Positions 61,479 to 64,000 of a stretch of 64,000 bases of DNA are shown here, one piece after another. The stretch lies in contig JBFFSH010000001.1 in NCBI GenBank assembly GCA_041572575.1, forward strand, positions 31,369 through 95,368. Reading direction: 5' to 3'. How positions within the stretch are numbered: position 1 is the first letter of the stretch; each line of letters starts with the position of its first letter. Both the position numbers and the translations under genes were made by a program. Origin of the DNA: Thermodesulfobacteriota bacterium (GTDB taxonomy: Bacteria; Desulfobacterota_D; UBA1144; Nemesobacterales; N074bin48). A model generated the notes under the pieces. The model was given only the letters and a program-made list of their open reading frames with translations. It was not told where the DNA came from and made no database searches.

Positions 61479-63587
61479 TCAGGATACGGCCTTTACCTTT
61501 TTCTTTACATACTCAAGTGCCGAATCAAAATGAGACTGCTTTATTTTGAGCTCGCCGTTTCTGTTTTTAATATATTCGCTTATTGATATGAGAGAGGCTC
61601 TGCTGCATAGAAGCTCTACATCTGCGCCTGAAAATCCTTTAAGCTCTTTACAGATCTCCCGCAGCTTGATGTTTTTGGCCAGGGGCTTGCCTTTAGTATG
61701 AACTTTTAGTATTTCATAAAGTGCTTTGTCGTTCGGTACAGGAATTTGAATAAATGCATCAAACCTGCCTGACCTCAAAAGTGCGGGATCAATCATATCG
61801 GGTCTGTTTGTGGCTGCAACGATAAATACTCCTCTAAGCTCTTCAATACCGTCCATTTCTGTAAGCAGCTGACTTACTATTCTTTCAGAAACCCTGTTTA
61901 AGCTGTTTTCCAGCCTGCATGGGGCAAGCGCATCTATCTCGTCAAAGAAAAGAATGCAGGGTGAAACCTGTTTTGCTTTTTTAAAAAGCTCTCTTACAGC
62001 CTGCTCTGACTCGCCTACAAATTTAGACAAGACTTCAGAGCCTTTAACTGAAATAAAATTTATCCCACTTTCATTGGCTATGGCCTTAACCACAAGTGTC
62101 TTTCCTGTGCCCGGCGGGCCGTGGAGCAAAATACCCTTGGGTACTCTTGTGTTTGTACTGTCAAACACCTCGCTGTACTTTATAGGCCACATGATTGATT
62201 CTCTTAGTAAATCCTTTACTTCATCAAGACCGCCCACATCGTCCCAGGTGATTTTGGGAACTTCTACAAATATTTCTCTTATAGCAGAAGGTTCGATCTC
62301 CTTAAGGGCTTCTAAAAAGTTGTTATTACTAACCTTAAGCCTGAAAAGCTGCTGGTGATTGCTTGGACCATTTTCAAGATCTACTTCCGGAAGAACCTTT
62401 CTAAGAGCAATTATGGCAGACTCCTTGCAGAGATTCTCCAGATCGGCCCCTACGTAACCGTGAGTGAGGTCAGCAATCTTGTCGAGATCAACATCTGTAT
62501 CAAGCGGCATACCACGCGTGTGAATCTGCAAAATATCATGCCTGTCGTTTCTGTCCGGCACTTCCAGTGCCACTTCTCTGTCAAACCTGCCAGGTCTTCT
62601 AAGAGCCGGGTCTAAGAGATTTGGAAGGTTTGTAGCAGCAAGAACTATAATCTGACCTCGGTCTTTAAGACCGTCCATTAGAGCTAAAAGCTGTGATACC
62701 ACTCTTTTTTCTACGTCTCCGGTTACCTTATCCCTCTTTCTTGCAATGGCGTCAATTTCATCAATAAATATAATCGAAGGCTGGTTTCTTGTGGCAACTT
62801 CAAAAATGTCTCTTAGCCTTGCTTCACTCTCACCATAAAATTTGTGGATTATCTCGGGACCGTTTATAACCTGAAAGTTCGTATTGGTTTCCTGAGCTAC
62901 GGCCTTTGCCAACAGCGTTTTTCCACATCCCGGAGGACCCACAAGCAAAAGCCCTCTTGGAGGATCAATACCAAGTTTTTCAAATAACTGCGGGTATCTG
63001 AGCGGAAGCTCCACAATCTCTCTTACTCTTTTAATCTGTTCACCAAGCCCTCCTACATCTTCAAATGTAACACAGATGGGATCGACCTTGTGCTTTGGTC
63101 TCTTTTTTATCTCTAGCTTCGTGGTTGATCTCAATATTACAGATTCTGCAGGTACAGTTGCTATTACATTAAAATCCTCTGGTTTTGCACCACTTAGATT
63201 TACTCTTATTCTGTCGCCTACTGTAATGGGCATCCCGTCCAGTCTGTTAAGGATAAATTTAGCTTCTTTATCGGTACCTATAATTTCAGGGCTTACTGGA
63301 GTAAGCACCGCTTTTATTGCAATCCTTGAATCTACCTTTTTAACAAACACGTGATCATCTACGGAGGCTTTGGCATTTTCTCTTGTAATACCATCAATTT
63401 TAATTATGGACTTATTATTCTCAGACTTATCCAAAGGCATAACTCTGGTTACTGTTTTTCGTTTGCCTTCTATCTCAATAAGGTCCCACGAGGAAAGCCC
63501 CAGATCGGTCATGTCCTTGGAGTTTAACCTTGCGATCGCCTTTCCGGCATCCTTTAATGATATTTCTGATATTTTAAGAGAAAACAT
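61479..63587 (-). CDS. CDC48/VCP family double-AAA ATPase
   Basis: N-domain (IDGITRENA), D1 [24 protein letters not shown]2 [21 protein letters not shown]. Confidence 0.92.
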   Translation of the reverse strand: MFSLKISEISLKDAGKAIARLNSKDMTDLGLSSWDLIEIEGKRKTVTRVMPLDKSENNKSIIKIDGITRENAKASVDDHVFVKKVDSRIAIKAVLTPVSPEIIGTDKEAKFILNRLDGMPITVGDRIRVNLSGAKPEDFNVIATVPAESVILRSTTKLEIKKRPKHKVDPICVTFEDVGGLGEQIKRVREIVELPLRYPQLFEKLGIDPPRGLLLVGPPGCGKTLLAKAVAQETNTNFQVINGPEIIHKFYGESEARLRDIFEVATRNQPSIIFIDEIDAIARKRDKVTGDVEKRVVSQLLALMDGLKDRGQIIVLAATNLPNLLDPALRRPGRFDREVALEVPDRNDRHDILQIHTRGMPLDTDVDLDKIADLTHGYVGADLENLCKESAIIALRKVLPEVDLENGPSNHQQLFRLKVSNNNFLEALKEIEPSAIREIFVEVPKITWDDVGGLDEVKDLLRESIMWPIKYSEVFDSTNTRVPKGILLHGPPGTGKTLVVKAIANESGINFISVKGSEVLSKFVGESEQAVRELFKKAKQVSPCILFFDEIDALAPCRLENSLNRVSERIVSQLLTEMDGIEELRGVFIVAATNRPDMIDPALLRSGRFDAFIQIPVPNDKALYEILKVHTKGKPLAKNIKLREICKELKGFSGADVELLCSRASLISISEYIKNRNGELKIKQSHFDSALEYVKKKVKAVS

Positions 63588-63710
63588 AGTTTATCTAATG
63601 GAAATATTACTGCTCTCTTTAACCCGGTCAAGCACTACAAAATTGAAGAGCTATATATATAATTTATAATCTGCAAAAAACAATTGCAACTATCCGCAAA
63701 TAAAAACAAA

Positions 63711-64000
63711 GTGCTCGTTAAAACTCTTACACTGCTAAATTATAGAAACTACATAAACCAGTCATTTTCATTTGCTGATAAAATAAATTTAATCATCGGT
63801 AAAAACGGCCACGGCAAGACTAACCTGTTAGAAGCTATTAATTTAGTCTGCAAGTTTAAGCCTTTTAAAAAAACAAATTTTGATGAGCTTATAAATTTTG
63901 AAAAAAATGAAACCCGGCTAAAAGCAGAATTGCTAAACAATAGTAATCTAAATGAAATAAACATCCAGCTTCTAAAGGGCAGAAAGATTATAAAGCTAAA
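63711..64000 (+). CDS. recF: DNA replication/repair protein RecF, 5' part (runs off the window; missing from the ORF track)
   Basis: From GTG 63711: LVKTLTLLNYRNY...INLIIGKNGHGKTNLLEAI, open to the window end. Confidence 0.85.
   Translation, partial: MLVKTLTLLNYRNYINQSFSFADKINLIIGKNGHGKTNLLEAINLVCKFKPFKKTNFDELINFEKNETRLKAELLNNSNLNEINIQLLKGRKIIKL

Noticed and set aside
63588..63710. Possible oriC/DnaA boxes next to recF
   Set aside because: Only one weak two-mismatch match (CTATCCGCA), and no dnaA/dnaN upstream.
63749..63964. 71-aa minus-strand ORF at the window end
   Set aside because: Antisense to the recF 5' region, which has the clear Walker A motif.

Overview
AT-rich bacterial chromosome segment, mostly core genes. 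Gene content and order (pilB-pilT-pilC-pilS-pilR; pilD-HK-sigma54 RR; glnB-glnA; glyQS; trmFO) point to a Desulfobacterota/deltaproteobacteria-like organism, possibly Ca. Dadabacteria (inference only). It holds about 50 CDS, tRNA-Gly(GCC) and tRNA-Phe(GAA). I saw no IS, prophage or CRISPR array. Best candidate for an undescribed system: a RavA/MoxR-type AAA+ ATPase gene (46075-47034) linked to an acidic linker plus vWA domain in the -1 frame through an A10 run that contains the dnaX-type slippery heptamer A_AAA_AAG, with an SD-like GAGGTG 11 nt upstream. One locus could therefore make both a short ATPase and a ~707-aa AAA-vWA fusion; a homopolymer sequencing error is the main alternative. Other signals: tandem NrdR-like boxes 31 bp apart before gyrA; a sigma54-preceded MshEN-linker-PilG-like receiver fusion with an orphan CheW; three sigma54 promoters; a TetR operator present twice; a glycogen synthase with altered catalytic basic residues; a divergent argC joined to an acyl-adenylate ligase and ACP; a stand-alone nuoJKL; an aspartic protease split by one in-frame TAG; a candidate anti-SD sRNA; and a bacterial Cdc48. 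All product calls come from motif recognition by eye, not database searches.
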